Source: Anthoceros angustus (Eukaryota > Plantae > Anthocerotophyta). From it: a stretch of DNA of 64,000 bases. Position numbers and translations under genes: made by a program. The notes beneath the pieces are model-generated. The model made no database searches. It saw only the letters and a program-made list of their open reading frames with translations, and was not told the origin of the DNA. Of this stretch, positions 37,566-49,300 are shown piece after piece; the first letter of the stretch is position 1, and each line of letters begins with the position of its first letter. The stretch is from positions 673,370-737,369 of the forward strand of contig MU008175.1 of the NCBI GenBank assembly GCA_010909165.1, in the 5' to 3' direction.

Positions 37566-38076
37566 AGTGGATTTCCTGTCGAGGAACTCCAACAGGCCAG
37601 CCATAGAGAGAGTGTTGCAGATGTTGAGGAGCCTCAACCCCAAGGTGATGGTTGTGGTGGAGCAGGACTCCAGCCACAACTCCTTGGGCTTGGTAGAAAG
37701 ATTCGTGCAGGCTCTGCACTACTACTGCGCCATGTTCGACTCACTGGACTCTACGCTGTCCCAGCAGAACCCAGAAAGAGTGATTTTGGAAAAGCACCTG
37801 TTGGGCCAGGAAATCCACAACATCGTGGCTTGCGAAGGCCGCGACCGATTGGAGAGGCACGAGAAGCTGGAGGTCTGGAAGAGGAGGATGGACTGGGCTG
37901 GCTTCCGGCCCCTCCATTTCTCCCAGACCACTAGTGTGCAGGCCAAGCGTCTACTCAGAAATTGCTTCAGTGATGGGTACCGGATGGTGGAGGAAAACGG
38001 GTGTCTCACCCTGTGCTGGAAGGACACCCCTCTCTTCTCGGCCTCCGCTTGGCAAACCGAGTACGCCATGGCGTGA
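33993..38076 (+). CDS. SCL3: GRAS transcription factor, SCL3-like, about 1327 aa; exons 33993-35519 and 35620-38076
   Basis: SEDRGLFLIKLLLACA...GDPMQRVATYF...PGIYKALNST (SCL3-type LHRI), VHVVDL, LAARPGGPPHLRITG, PKVMVVVEQDSSHN...FVQALHYY (PFYRE), RLERHE and PLFSASAW. One 100-nt GT-AG intron. Confidence 0.9.
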
Positions 38077-38928
38077 GCAAGTGCAAGCGCCTGCAGGAGA
38101 AGAAGGCGTGTGATCAGCCTCGATTGTGAACTCGCCTGCATGGCGAATTCACCATCGGTGCTGTCATCAACCGAGTGACAGAGGCTTCTACAGGGTTTGT
38201 GTGCTCTCACATTGTAGAGTCTTCTGTCATGTCAGGATTCCATGTATTATTTGGTTGCTGTTAGCGTCCTATAGTTTTCCTTACATTATTAGCGTGACCT
38301 TTTTTAAATGTCTTAAGGACATCGCACTGATGCTTAAGACAGTTAAAAAAAGAAGCATCGCTAGGTTCCAGCGCCAGAGAGGTTAGAGCTACTGCCCAAG
38401 TGCCATGTGAGGCCACTCACTGCATGTATTGTATGCACAGTGACTTCCTCTCACATGATATCAAGAGAGCATTTGTGTCCACATACTAGCGACGAATCCC
38501 TCCTCTGGAAAATGCATGTTTCTGCGCACAATGACGAGTCTTGTCATGAGCCCCTTTTTTGTCCTCTCTTCCCTTTCTGTCCACAACAGACAGGCTTGCC
38601 TAGTTCCTGCTCACATCACATTTGACCAACGATTCTTGTCACCGCACGTTCATCAAGAGCATCTTTCTTCTCATTTCTTGCGTCCACAACCGACTGCATG
38701 TTTCCCCAGTTCTGAGGTCACTTGGCAAAAGGAAGTCCTAGTCTTACACAACAGCCTATGCATCTTGTCCTATCCTGTCCTGTCCTGTCCTGGAGGTCCC
38801 ACATTCTCTAAGACGTGAGCTCACTGCAGAGCTGGTACAAAAGACACGCTGCACTGCTGTACATAACTCAAGTGTACATACAAATTACAATTTACAATTA
38901 CAGCGAGAAGGAGAGAGAGAGAGAGTCA

Positions 38929-39352
38929 TCAGTCTTTGGACTTGGTTCTGAACTTGGACTCGTCGATCTTGATGTCCTTCTCGGCCATGGCCTCCTCGGC
39001 AGACTTGCCGCCAGAGCTGAGGCCGCCTTTGCGACCCATCTCCTCGTAGCCTCCGGTTCCGAGCTGCCCGCTGCGGGTCTGCCCGCCTCGGCTGCGGCCT
39101 GACAGCAGCAGGAACAAGCAACTTGGTGAAGCGGCTACTCGGAGAGAGAACTCAAGCAGAAAAATCGCGCGAATGCATCTTTTTCGTGATCGATCGCTTG
39201 CCTTCCGCCAGGCGCTCTTGCGCCTCCAGCGATTTGCCGCCGGTGCCGCCAGGCACCACGGTCTGGCCCTGCCGCGCCTTCTCGTCCAGCTCGCGCCGCT
39301 CCTCCTCGCTCAGATGGCGCGTGGGAATATCGTGCTCATGGTGGTGGGCCAT
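38929..39352 (-). CDS. Em: Em-type group 1 LEA protein (LEA_5); exons 39352-39202 and 39098-38929, GC-AG intron
   Basis: [33 protein letters not shown]|[27 protein letters not shown]...IDESKF. Confidence 0.93.
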
Positions 39353-39494
39353 GGCTGGGCACTTGATGCAGCAGGCCTGCAACGGGGAGCAACAGCAACG
39401 AGCAATCGCGCCGGTCTCGTCAAAGCAGGCACAGTTGCACAAGGCTCACATACCGCCGCAACAGCCACACCACGAAGTCGAACAGCATGTGGCC

Positions 39495-39950
39495 CATGCA
39501 TACACCACATTTCAGGAATCTCTGGCAGCCCAGGGAGAAATTAATCTTCACGCTTGCCACAGCCTGCCCCACGCTCGGCACTTTCAAGCCTGGCGCACTG
39601 CAGCATCATGCAACCCAGTCTCCAGGCAATTCACGGAATTTGCTACTACCGTCAAGCAGGCTGGGAGAGAGCACTGGCAGGCAGGATTTCTGAGCTGGGT
39701 ACCTGTCGCAGAACGTCCTTGCTTCCCGACTCGACCCGCGAGCTGAATGAGCTGGTTCACCACTGCGAGATTGCTTGTCAGATGCTGGCGCAGGGCTAAT
39801 GGCCCTGCAGCTGGCCTTGCCACCTCGGGTAACCGCAAGTGAGCTGGTCCCCCTTCCCGGACATGTTGCCACGTACCTGCTGTCATTGTATTGTGTGGAT
39901 TGACTCTTCCTTGTTACACCAACACTGCCAGTAGTCACCTCTCGCATGCA
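39495..39950 (-). promoter_or_regulatory. ABRE and RY-like elements in the Em promoter
   Basis: ACGTGGC on the minus strand at 39868-39874, and CATGCA at 39495-39500, about 39607 and about 39945. ABRE plus RY is the known ABI5/ABI3 arrangement of Em promoters. Confidence 0.55.
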
Positions 39951-40290
39951 GTCTCGCATGTTGCTACACAGATGCGGCTGCGTGAACTCGCAAATCAGTC
40001 GTTGGCACATTCGCCCGGTAAGCCAACCAGCCACTCCTTTCTGGTGGGAGACAAAAAATCGCGACTCACCACATCACGGGAAGTCTGAGTCCAAGATCGA
40101 CCTGCAAACCTCTGATTGGGGAGGCAGGAGTGATACCCAACCGCACCAACCAGACAAATACAACCTAAGTTGCCAGGCGCGCTTTCACCATTAACTGTGT
40201 ACTTGAAGCCTGATGAAGGTATTGAAAACTACGTACATAGATGCCTATGTGGGTAGTATGTGCTGATGCGACTCAAGCAACGACCGTCTC

Positions 40291-43200
40291 TTAACTGCTC
40301 GTGTCCACTTGCTCCATGCCAGCAACCTGAAAGGTTTGCACCAGGCCATCCATGTCTATCCACCAGCTCTGGCCTGCCTGCTTCCATGCCCCGATTCCGA
40401 TTCTCCTCGCCTGCACTTCATGCGCCTGCTCCCACATCTGGGCACCGGTGTATATGTTCGACATCAACACATACGCTGCAGAATCTCTCTCGTCTAACTT
40501 CACTGCTTCATCGAAAGCATGGCGTCCCACCTCCAGGTTGTTCCACTTTTGACATGCACCCAGCAGTGCACGCCAGACTGCGGCGTCAGGCGCTACAGGC
40601 ATTGTCCTTACAAAAGCTAGTGCATCATCCAGCTGGCCTGCACGGCTCAGGAGATCCACCATGCATGTGTAGTGCTCCACCGTGGGGCAGATACCATACC
40701 GACTGCTCATGGTTTCAAAGTGCTCTCGCCCCTCCTTCACCAGACCTCTATGACTGCATGCTGTTAGTATGCTAAGGAAGGTGGCGCCGGTTGGCCGTAT
40801 GTCATCCTCTCTGAGTCTCTGAAACAAGGCGAAGACTGCGCCAGTGTCTCCTTGACGAGAGTAGCCTGAAATCAGTGCATCCCAGGCGGGAACATCCTTT
40901 TCAGGCAGTTCCTCAAACACCCGCCGCGCATCAACCATGCTGCCACACTTTCCGTACATGTTTATCAAACTATTGGCTACAAGCACATCAGCTTGAAGGC
41001 CGTGTTCTTGGATCTGTGCATGAAGCTGCCTTCCCAGATCTAAAGCTGCCACATTGGCACATGCCTGCAGGACACACACAAATGTCACTGCATCAGGCGC
41101 AGTCGTCCCTTCTTGCATAGTCCTGTAAAGGCCAAGGGCTTCCTGCCCCATGCCCTGCTGCGAATATCCTCCAATCATGGCATTCCATGTCACCACATCT
41201 TTCTCAGAAAGTCCGTCAAACAGACCCCGAGCATTCTCTAGGCTGCCACACTTTGCATACATGTGTACCAAGCTGCTGGCTAGAAATGCATCCGTCTCAA
41301 GTCCTCGCTGGCGGATTTGTGCGTGAACCTGTTTCCCCGTCTCCAAAGCAGAGTTGCCCACACTTGCACATGCCTGCAGGAGGGGCACAAATGTCACAGA
41401 ATCGAGTGCAATATTGCCTTGCTCTTGCATAGCACTGTAAAGACTGAGGGCTTCCTGCCCCATCCCCTGATGGGCATAACCTGCTATCATGGCATGCCAT
41501 GCCACCACATCTTTCTGACCAAGTCCGTCAAACACGACCCTAGCATCTCTCAGGCTGCCACATTTTGCATACATGTTCACTAAACTGCTAGCTACAAACA
41601 CGTCAGCTTGAAATCCTCGTTCTCTAATTTGTGCGTGAAGCTGCTCCCCCCTATCCAAAGCTGGGATGCCCATACGGGCACATGCCTGCAGGAGGCACAC
41701 AAATGTCACAGTATCGGGTGCAACAATGCCTTCTTCCAGCATAGCGTTGTAAAGATCGAGGGCTTCCTGCCCCATGCCCTGCTGGGAATACCCTGCTATC
41801 ATGGCATTCCATGTCACAACATCTTTCTCAGCAAGTCCGTCAAACACACCCTGAGCATACTCTACGCTGCCGCACTTCGCGTACATGTTTACTAAGCTGT
41901 TCGCTACAAAACCATCAGCAAGAAGCCCTTGTTCTCTAATTTCTGAATGAAGCTGCCTGCCCTTACCCAAAGCTGGGTTGCCCACACTGGCACATGCCTG
42001 CAGGAGGCACACAAATGTTACAGAATCAGGTGCAACCATGGCTTCTTGTTGCATAGCACTGTAAAGATGAAGGGCTTCCTGGCTCATGCCCTGATGGGAA
42101 TAACCTGTTATGAGGCAAGTCCACATCACCAAATGTTTTTCACCTAGTCCATCAAACACTCGTTGAGCGTCTTCCAAGCTGCCACACTTTGCATACATGT
42201 TTATCAAACTGCTGGCTACAGCTACATCGCTTTGATGTCCTTGTTCCCTAATTTCTGCATGAAGTTGCTTCCCCCTCTCCAAAGCGAGGGTGCCCACACT
42301 TGCACATGCCTGCAGCAGGCACACAAATGTCACAGCATTGGCAGCGACCAAGCCTTCTTCTTGCATAGCACTATAAAGAGAGAGGGCTTCCTGCCCAAAT
42401 CCCTGCTGGGAATACCCTGCTATCATGGCACTCCACGTCACTACATTCTTTTGCCGAAGCCCGTCGAACAGGCCCCGAGCATCCCGCAGGCTACCACACT
42501 TTGCATACATATCTACCAAACTGCTAGCTACAAACACATCAGCTTGAAGTCCTCGTTCTCTTATCTGTGCATGAAGCTGCTTACCCTGCTCCAAAGCCGG
42601 GGTGCCAACACTGGCACATGCCTGCAGGAGGCACACAAAAGTCACAGAATTGGGCGTAACGGTTCCTTCTTCTTGCATGGCCCTGTAAAGACGAAGGGCT
42701 TCTTGCCCCATGCCCTGCTGGGAATACCCTGCTATCATGGCACTCCACGTCACCACATCCTTTTCAGGAAGCCCGTCGAACACCCTTTGGGCGTCTTCCA
42801 AGCTGCCGCACTTTGCATACATGTCCACCAAGGCACTACTGACAAACAAATCAACCTTCACGCCACTAGCCAACACATCAGCATGCACCTCCTGTCCAGA
42901 TTTCAAGTCTGCTCCCCTTGCACAAGCTTGAAGAACTGCTACAAACACATGGCCATCCGGCTTCATGGAAGACCTCCGCAATCTATGGTACAGTTGTATG
43001 GCCTGCTTCTCTTGTGCGTGTTTAACATGTGCGGATATTATGGAAGACCACATGAAAGCATCTGGGTTTGGAACCACGGTAAACACATCCAACGCTTCTT
43101 GCAACCTGCCCTGTGAAGCATACATTCGAAGGATGTGGTTGCACAGCACCGTGTCCAAAAGATGCCCCTTTTTCACAGTGAAAGCATGAACGCGGCGACC

Positions 43201-43548
43201 CAGAACAAGATCCTTCTTGCCAACACATTTCTTCAGGACACTTTGAAAGACAGATTTGGAAATAAAACAGTCTGTCTGCACCAGAAGTCCCAAAGCCTCA
43301 ACAGCCTCACTGAGCTGCCCATGCTCGCACAGTTCGCTTACAGTGTCAGCTGTTACGCACCTTTCGTATACTGCAGGCCTGCGAGGACCAGGATTATCCG
43401 GCACGATCCAGGGATCACGTTTTGAATGAGCTGGGTATCCAGCCAACGTGCTGCACCTCGCAGCTGCGTTGTTCGTCAACGGTTGGCTCCTCCCAGTCAG
43501 GTGACCGGTAGCTCTTCCTAGAATACCTGTGAACCTCCAGACAACCAT
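40291..43548 (-). CDS. Long PLS-class PPR RNA-editing factor (E1-E2 plus WW-type box, no DYW)
   Basis: About 8 PLS triplets in one intronless ORF, ending KQAGQSWWIDMDGLVQTFQVAGMEQVDTSS*. First ATG at 43548. Confidence 0.93.
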   Translation of the reverse strand: MVVWRFTGILGRATGHLTGRSQPLTNNAAARCSTLAGYPAHSKRDPWIVPDNPGPRRPAVYERCVTADTVSELCEHGQLSEAVEALGLLVQTDCFISKSVFQSVLKKCVGKKDLVLGRRVHAFTVKKGHLLDTVLCNHILRMYASQGRLQEALDVFTVVPNPDAFMWSSIISAHVKHAQEKQAIQLYHRLRRSSMKPDGHVFVAVLQACARGADLKSGQEVHADVLASGVKVDLFVSSALVDMYAKCGSLEDAQRVFDGLPEKDVVTWSAMIAGYSQQGMGQEALRLYRAMQEEGTVTPNSVTFVCLLQACASVGTPALEQGKQLHAQIRERGLQADVFVASSLVDMYAKCGSLRDARGLFDGLRQKNVVTWSAMIAGYSQQGFGQEALSLYSAMQEEGLVAANAVTFVCLLQACASVGTLALERGKQLHAEIREQGHQSDVAVASSLINMYAKCGSLEDAQRVFDGLGEKHLVMWTCLITGYSHQGMSQEALHLYSAMQQEAMVAPDSVTFVCLLQACASVGNPALGKGRQLHSEIREQGLLADGFVANSLVNMYAKCGSVEYAQGVFDGLAEKDVVTWNAMIAGYSQQGMGQEALDLYNAMLEEGIVAPDTVTFVCLLQACARMGIPALDRGEQLHAQIRERGFQADVFVASSLVNMYAKCGSLRDARVVFDGLGQKDVVAWHAMIAGYAHQGMGQEALSLYSAMQEQGNIALDSVTFVPLLQACASVGNSALETGKQVHAQIRQRGLETDAFLASSLVHMYAKCGSLENARGLFDGLSEKDVVTWNAMIGGYSQQGMGQEALGLYRTMQEGTTAPDAVTFVCVLQACANVAALDLGRQLHAQIQEHGLQADVLVANSLINMYGKCGSMVDARRVFEELPEKDVPAWDALISGYSRQGDTGAVFALFQRLREDDIRPTGATFLSILTACSHRGLVKEGREHFETMSSRYGICPTVEHYTCMVDLLSRAGQLDDALAFVRTMPVAPDAAVWRALLGACQKWNNLEVGRHAFDEAVKLDERDSAAYVLMSNIYTGAQMWEQAHEVQARRIGIGAWKQAGQSWWIDMDGLVQTFQVAGMEQVDTSS

Positions 43549-43622
43549 GGCTCGCACCAGCACGCCCTGAACCCAGGGGTGCAAGAGGCCCTGCCTCGAA
43601 TGTTTCTATGACGAACATCACC

Positions 43623-44118
43623 TTAGCCCATGTGGCAGCAGGCTTCATTAACAGGAGAGTTCCACCGCCACTGATTGTTGCCATGTACCTCAGTTTGTCC
43701 AATTTGCCCACCACCTACTCTTGCTACCTGGCATGAGAAGCATACCTTCGTCGAATATGGTTGGTTGCACAGGACCATGTCCGACTTATACCCCGTCTTG
43801 ACGCTCAGAATATGAACACACGTCCCAGAGGCAAATCCTGACGCACACCCTCCTGGACGCACAGATTTGGAAGTCCGTCAGTCTGTGTCTACCAGAACTC
43901 CCATGCGAGCACGACCGTATTGAGCTGCCCCTGCTGTAACATAGTTTGCTCACAGCTTCAGCAGTAAGGTCCCTTTCGCATCCTGCAGGCCTGCTACCGT
44001 GGGCACGACAACCCATCTGTGCATCCAGCGTTGTACATTTGAAGCCCTCGTCCTCGGTAGAACACCCCAAAGCCCAACGGCAGTCGTCATTTAAGCATCC
44101 AAGGACTCTGTCAGCCAT
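43623..44118 (-). pseudogene. Truncated, frameshifted 5' fragment of a paralogous PPR gene
   Basis: RPAGCERDLTAEAVSKLC and VHILSVKTGYKSDMVLCN match the N-termini of the neighbouring PPRs (VTADTVSELC, VHAFTVKKGHLLDTVLCN). Confidence 0.7.
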
Positions 44119-44932
44119 GGTGAGCTCAATTTACTCGGTGCTAGCAAAGCTTCGACCTAGAATGTTTGCTACTCCAAGTGCTCACACTTGAGCACATGCA
44201 ACACAAGTGGTGCTCCATGTCTGTGTGAAAGTTGACGGATCTTGTGGGATGAGCTCCCGCTCGCCTGATTTTTAGGAACAAGCGTTGGCACCTCCTTAGC
44301 ATGCACGCAAGGCATGGTTGAGACAGAAAGTGTCAGGCTACATGCTCGAACCTTTTGCTGGTGCTATGTGGTACCATAGCAGACAAGGAGATGTGGCGCC
44401 ATAGCAAAACACGAGAGTGGACACCTTGACGGGCAGATTGTCGGATGGACCGGTCACGCAAAGTGTTAGGCCAGATGCATGGACCTTTACCATGCTCCTG
44501 TATGTGCTCCTTGCGAGTATCTACACCAGATTTTGTCAAGTGGGACGATTTAGAAAGGATAGAGACTTTCCCTTGGAGGAAGCCTGCACTGTGTAGTCTG
44601 GATTGAGGTCAACCAAAAGGTGCAGAGTTTGTTGCGGGGATCCCTCAGTTTTTAGCACTGTCAGTCCGAGCACATCACGAGTGCCTCACCAAATTCACGA
44701 GGCCCCAGTTTCCCTGGAAGAATTATGAATCTATCCTAATCGAATACCGACAAACTCACAAAGCATACATAATGACATCCCATTCCTCCAAGCCAGATGT
44801 GTTAGCTATCCGTTTTCGTATCTCTGTTTATAATACAAAATGATGCTAGCCCTCACAATACAATGTGGTCAATGCAATGTCTTCATAATACAAAGATGTA
44901 AGATAGGTCAGAAACCAAACCACAATTAAGAG

Positions 44933-45888
44933 ACGGGACTCATGGTTGGATCATGTCTAACCAAAATCTCATTGTGGTAGAGAACACTATTGGTAAAATA
45001 TCGACCTGAATCTTTTCTTTGCAGTTTGGCATACAAGGTATAGATGTGGATTTGTGGGTTATACTTGCAAGAGTGTCACTTCCCTTTCTTTTGGAGTGCT
45101 TTCGTGCCTTTACGATGTTTCTTCTATTCTAGTTTTATTAATGCTTTCCTTTTTTCCTTCTTCCTACATTTAGCTTTTTCTGTTGTTTTATCTTATTGTT
45201 CATGGTTATTATCTTTTTTTTATCCTTTTGTTCATCTTGTTTGATCTTACGTGAGAAGGCAGGTGAAACTTCTCCATGCGAACCTGATGAGGACAATAAC
45301 ATACTCATGGTTGAGGTATGGTTTGGCTCAAGTTTTGGGCGAAATTAAACCTGAACCACACCATTTTGCCCCAAACAGGTTTATGACTGAACAATGGTTT
45401 CTTACGTGGCATGTACGAACTACGATCCCAACCAACCACAGGCTCAAACCAAAACTTCACTCTTTTACCGATTTTGGCTTGAAAATTGATCAAAGTTATA
45501 GTAAATTAAACTATTAACCAGATTAAAAAACTATTTCATCTTCTTTTACGGTTATATTAAGCTTGACTAAGATTCCGTTAAGCACAAGGTAAAATTTTGT
45601 ATCCGTAGTCGTGTCTGAACAGACTTTAGTTGGTATGGTTGAGCATCTTAGTCCGTAGTTCACAAGCTGTGTATGAACAGACTTTAGTTGGTATGGTTGA
45701 GCATCTTAGTCCGTAGTTCACAAGCTGTGTATGAACAGACTTTAGTTGGTATGGTTGAGGAGCATCTTATTCTTTAGTTGGTACAGTTGAGCATCTTAGT
45801 TTCGGAGGATGAACCGAACTAAAATGATTAAAAACAGGTAGTTCCTAACCATAACTGTTTTGGTTGGGAAAGCCAACCATGAGTCCGT
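44933..45888. mobile_element. Possible MITE/non-autonomous DNA element
   Basis: Inverted ends acgg(g)actcatggttgg (44933-44949) and ccaaccatgagtccgt (45873-45888), with an internal 57-bp tandem repeat at about 45610-45800. No TSD identified. Confidence 0.35.
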
Positions 45889-46329
45889 TTAGGTCCTTAG
45901 TATATTTGTGTAGTTTAGTCCTTTCCCAATTTCTTCAAAAGTAGGGGGCGTTTGTCTAACTTGTGGTAAGATGATAGCTTTATTATTTCTTAGTAGATGT
46001 ATTAGTTTATGTTTTCCTTCACTTCTTATCACTTTGCGTACTCGATTTTTATTACTAAGTATTCATCTTACTTCTATGTGAACAATTACAATGCTTACAT
46101 AGATTGAGCTCAAAAATGTAGAAATGATAACAAAGATATCATTCAACTTAAATTGATACTTAGATAAATAAAGTTACTACCTACTATGAATGGAATAGAG
46201 GAAAGCCAAATTCATAATTAGAAGATTAATGATGCGCCGCATCTTGCATTAACTTAGATAAGACTGAGCACCAAGGGAGTGCTTCCTAATTTTCTAGAAC
46301 ATACTTTTATAGGACAGAATCCAGTGAAT

Positions 46330-49300
46330 GACACTTTTACGCTTGCTATGCTTGGCAAATTTGATAGTTTTCTTGAAATGATACCTAATGTCAATAGAAG
46401 AACAGAAAAAATACCTAAATAGAGCGATGCGCCATGTGCAAGAATCATGTAGCTACGCGGGGCTATTCTGGCGCGCCGGAGCTGGCAAGCATGAGATACG
46501 GGTGCACCGGATCTGGCAAGCGGATGGTGCTCAGCAAGCAAGGAGCGAGGGCTGGACAGCAAATGGTAGAGAAGGTGGACCTGGTAATGTGTGTCATTAT
46601 GGCTATGAAATACGAGCTCCTCATGCTATCCAACTCCATGTGACATTTTGCTAATGTATAATTATTGACTTCGGATTGTATATATTTTTATAGACACATG
46701 TCTTGATGAGATTGAAACCAAGTGCCGTATGTTTAGTTGAAAGCTGTTATTCTTGTGGCATAAATTAAACTCATGGAAGTGAAGGTAAAAATTTTAATTC
46801 TATAGTTATAGAAATTGAAGATCTTACTTATCATTTAAATTTCTAATTTCACACATATCTATTGAAAAATGTTATTTTTTCACATAACTTAAAGTTAATT
46901 GAGGAAAAAAGAATGATCTCGGAGTTATAAAATTTAGAGGTCTTAATCGTCCCTTAAAATAGAACTTCACACGTATTGAGATTGTCTAAAAATTGGTATT
47001 CAATTAGAATTTTTATTATAAGTTAAGTTTCAGATTATTTTCTAAAGATTGGTATTTAATTAGAGTTTTTATTATAAGTTAACTTTCAGATTAAAATAAT
47101 ATAGTTACAAGTCCCAAGATGCTCAACAACGAGGTCCTTGAACGGGTGAAATGCATAGCTAATCACAACGCAGAGTCTATATCTAGGCTGCACTTCTTAC
47201 ATTCTTGGCGTCTCTAACCCTTGAAGCAAATCCATTTTTCGTGGGGCATATTTCCAGGGCACACAAAAGTCCTAGGGCAAGCCCACACCTTGAACTAACA
47301 GGCTGACTTTCCCTCGCAGTGTTGTCCCGCGCCATCAACATTGCACATGATCGTCTAAGAAATTAGGCTCATTATTGTACTATGTGTAACTGGCATTGTC
47401 CGAGCCTCAACATGAGGAAGGCTCTATAGAACGTATGAGCTAAAGCGGTATAACTGAGCCTCAACTTGGAAAGCAAAAAACCCGTCGAGTTGATTCAGCT
47501 AATTCAATGTAGCATATCTTCAAAGCTGTAGCGTGCAAGAAAATTTTATTATTCAATTCAATTCAATCATAATTCCTTAATTCCTTCAACCCAATTAGGA
47601 CCTAAGACATTGTGCTCCATCACATCCTTATATTCCTGGCACGTATCCTTAACATGGATCTATTTTTTTGCCATTGTGCTCCATCGTATCCTTACATTCC
47701 TAGCACATATCCTTGATGCGGATCCAATTTTTCGCTATTGAGCTCCCTCATATCCTTACATTCCTAGCACAAATCTTTGATGCGGTTCCATTTTTTCGCT
47801 ATTGTGCTTCATCATATCCTTACATTCCTGGCACAGATACGCAGATCCAATTTTTCGCTACTAAGCTCCTTCATGTCTTTACATTTCTAGCACAAATCTT
47901 TGATGCGGTTCGATTTTTTTGCTAATTGTGCTTCATCATATCCTTACATTCCTGGCACAGATCCTTGACACGGGTCCATTCTTTAGCAGAGTCTCACATT
48001 TCCCATTGATGGCTGCAACATACTTTGGAACAGTCTAAAGTTCGCACTTGCGGGGGCGGGGAAGGAAGCAAAGTTGAAGATTTATAATTGCGGGTGGAGA
48101 AGAGAGCAAGGTTGAAGATTTATTATTGCAGTCGGAGAAGAGAGCAAGGTTGAAGATTTATTATTGCGGGCGAAGAAGAGAGCAAGGTTGAAGATTTATC
48201 AAGTGGTCTTGCACTCAAAAGAGCAAGGTTGAAGATTTGTCAAGTGGTCTTGCACTCAAAAGAACAAGGTTGAAGATTTATCAAGTGGTCTAGTGCTCAA
48301 GAGAGTAAGGTTGAAGATTTATGAAGTCGTCTCGCGCTCAAGAGAGTAAAGTTAAAGATTAATGAAGTGTACTTGCACCTAAGAACTCTTTGTGCACCCC
48401 TAAAACAAGAAAATGCAAAGTTAAATATTAATGAAGTGTACTTGCACCTAAGAACTCTTTGTGCACCCTTAAAACAAGAAAATTCTTAAGTGATTGTGCT
48501 ACATTCAACGTTGTTTTCTAATGGGTTCGGTCTAATCAACTAAATAAACAATCACAAAAGATCACAACAAAGAATACATGATTCAATTTAGTTTTACTCT
48601 CTTTCTCACTAATTGAAATTTGTTTTTTCATATTACGATTATTTAAGACATTCAAATTGATATCAGTCAGCTTGGTTATGGAATTAAACTGGTAGCATTG
48701 ATGCCTACTAATTGCCCCTGTTTTCTGATCAAGACCACTAATAGTTTTTGTTACTATCACCTTTTTACTACCTTTAAGTCTAGTTGAATGTGAACCGAAG
48801 GCCTTTACGACATTAGCATTAACATTTGTCACATTGGGTTCATTTGAGACACCTGAAATCACATGTCTACTGCCAACTTGCTCACCTTTAGCTTTACCTG
48901 CGTTGGTTCTCACAACTGCGCTTATGCTCTCATCAACTGCGCTTATGCTTTACCTGCGTTGCTTCTCACAACTGCGCTTATGCTTAAATATTACTCAGTG
49001 ACCTGTTGACACACTTACATTATCAAAAAGAAATCCTGTCACATCACAATGATGTTAGGTGTGTCAATATCATTGTTCCATTTGGTGTAGGCGTTCGTTT
49101 TCTAGATATCCTCATCATGATTGCCTGAATATGACAGGATATATGGGGTGGATCTATGGAAGCACTTGTTTTTAAAATACGCTCACTAGTTGTCTGGACA
49201 TCACTGTTCACTGTTTCAACACGCGCACTCTCACCTACCACGTGAGCACTTATCAGTTCATGTATGGACGACGAGTTTACAAGAGTGTCCTTCTTTAAGA

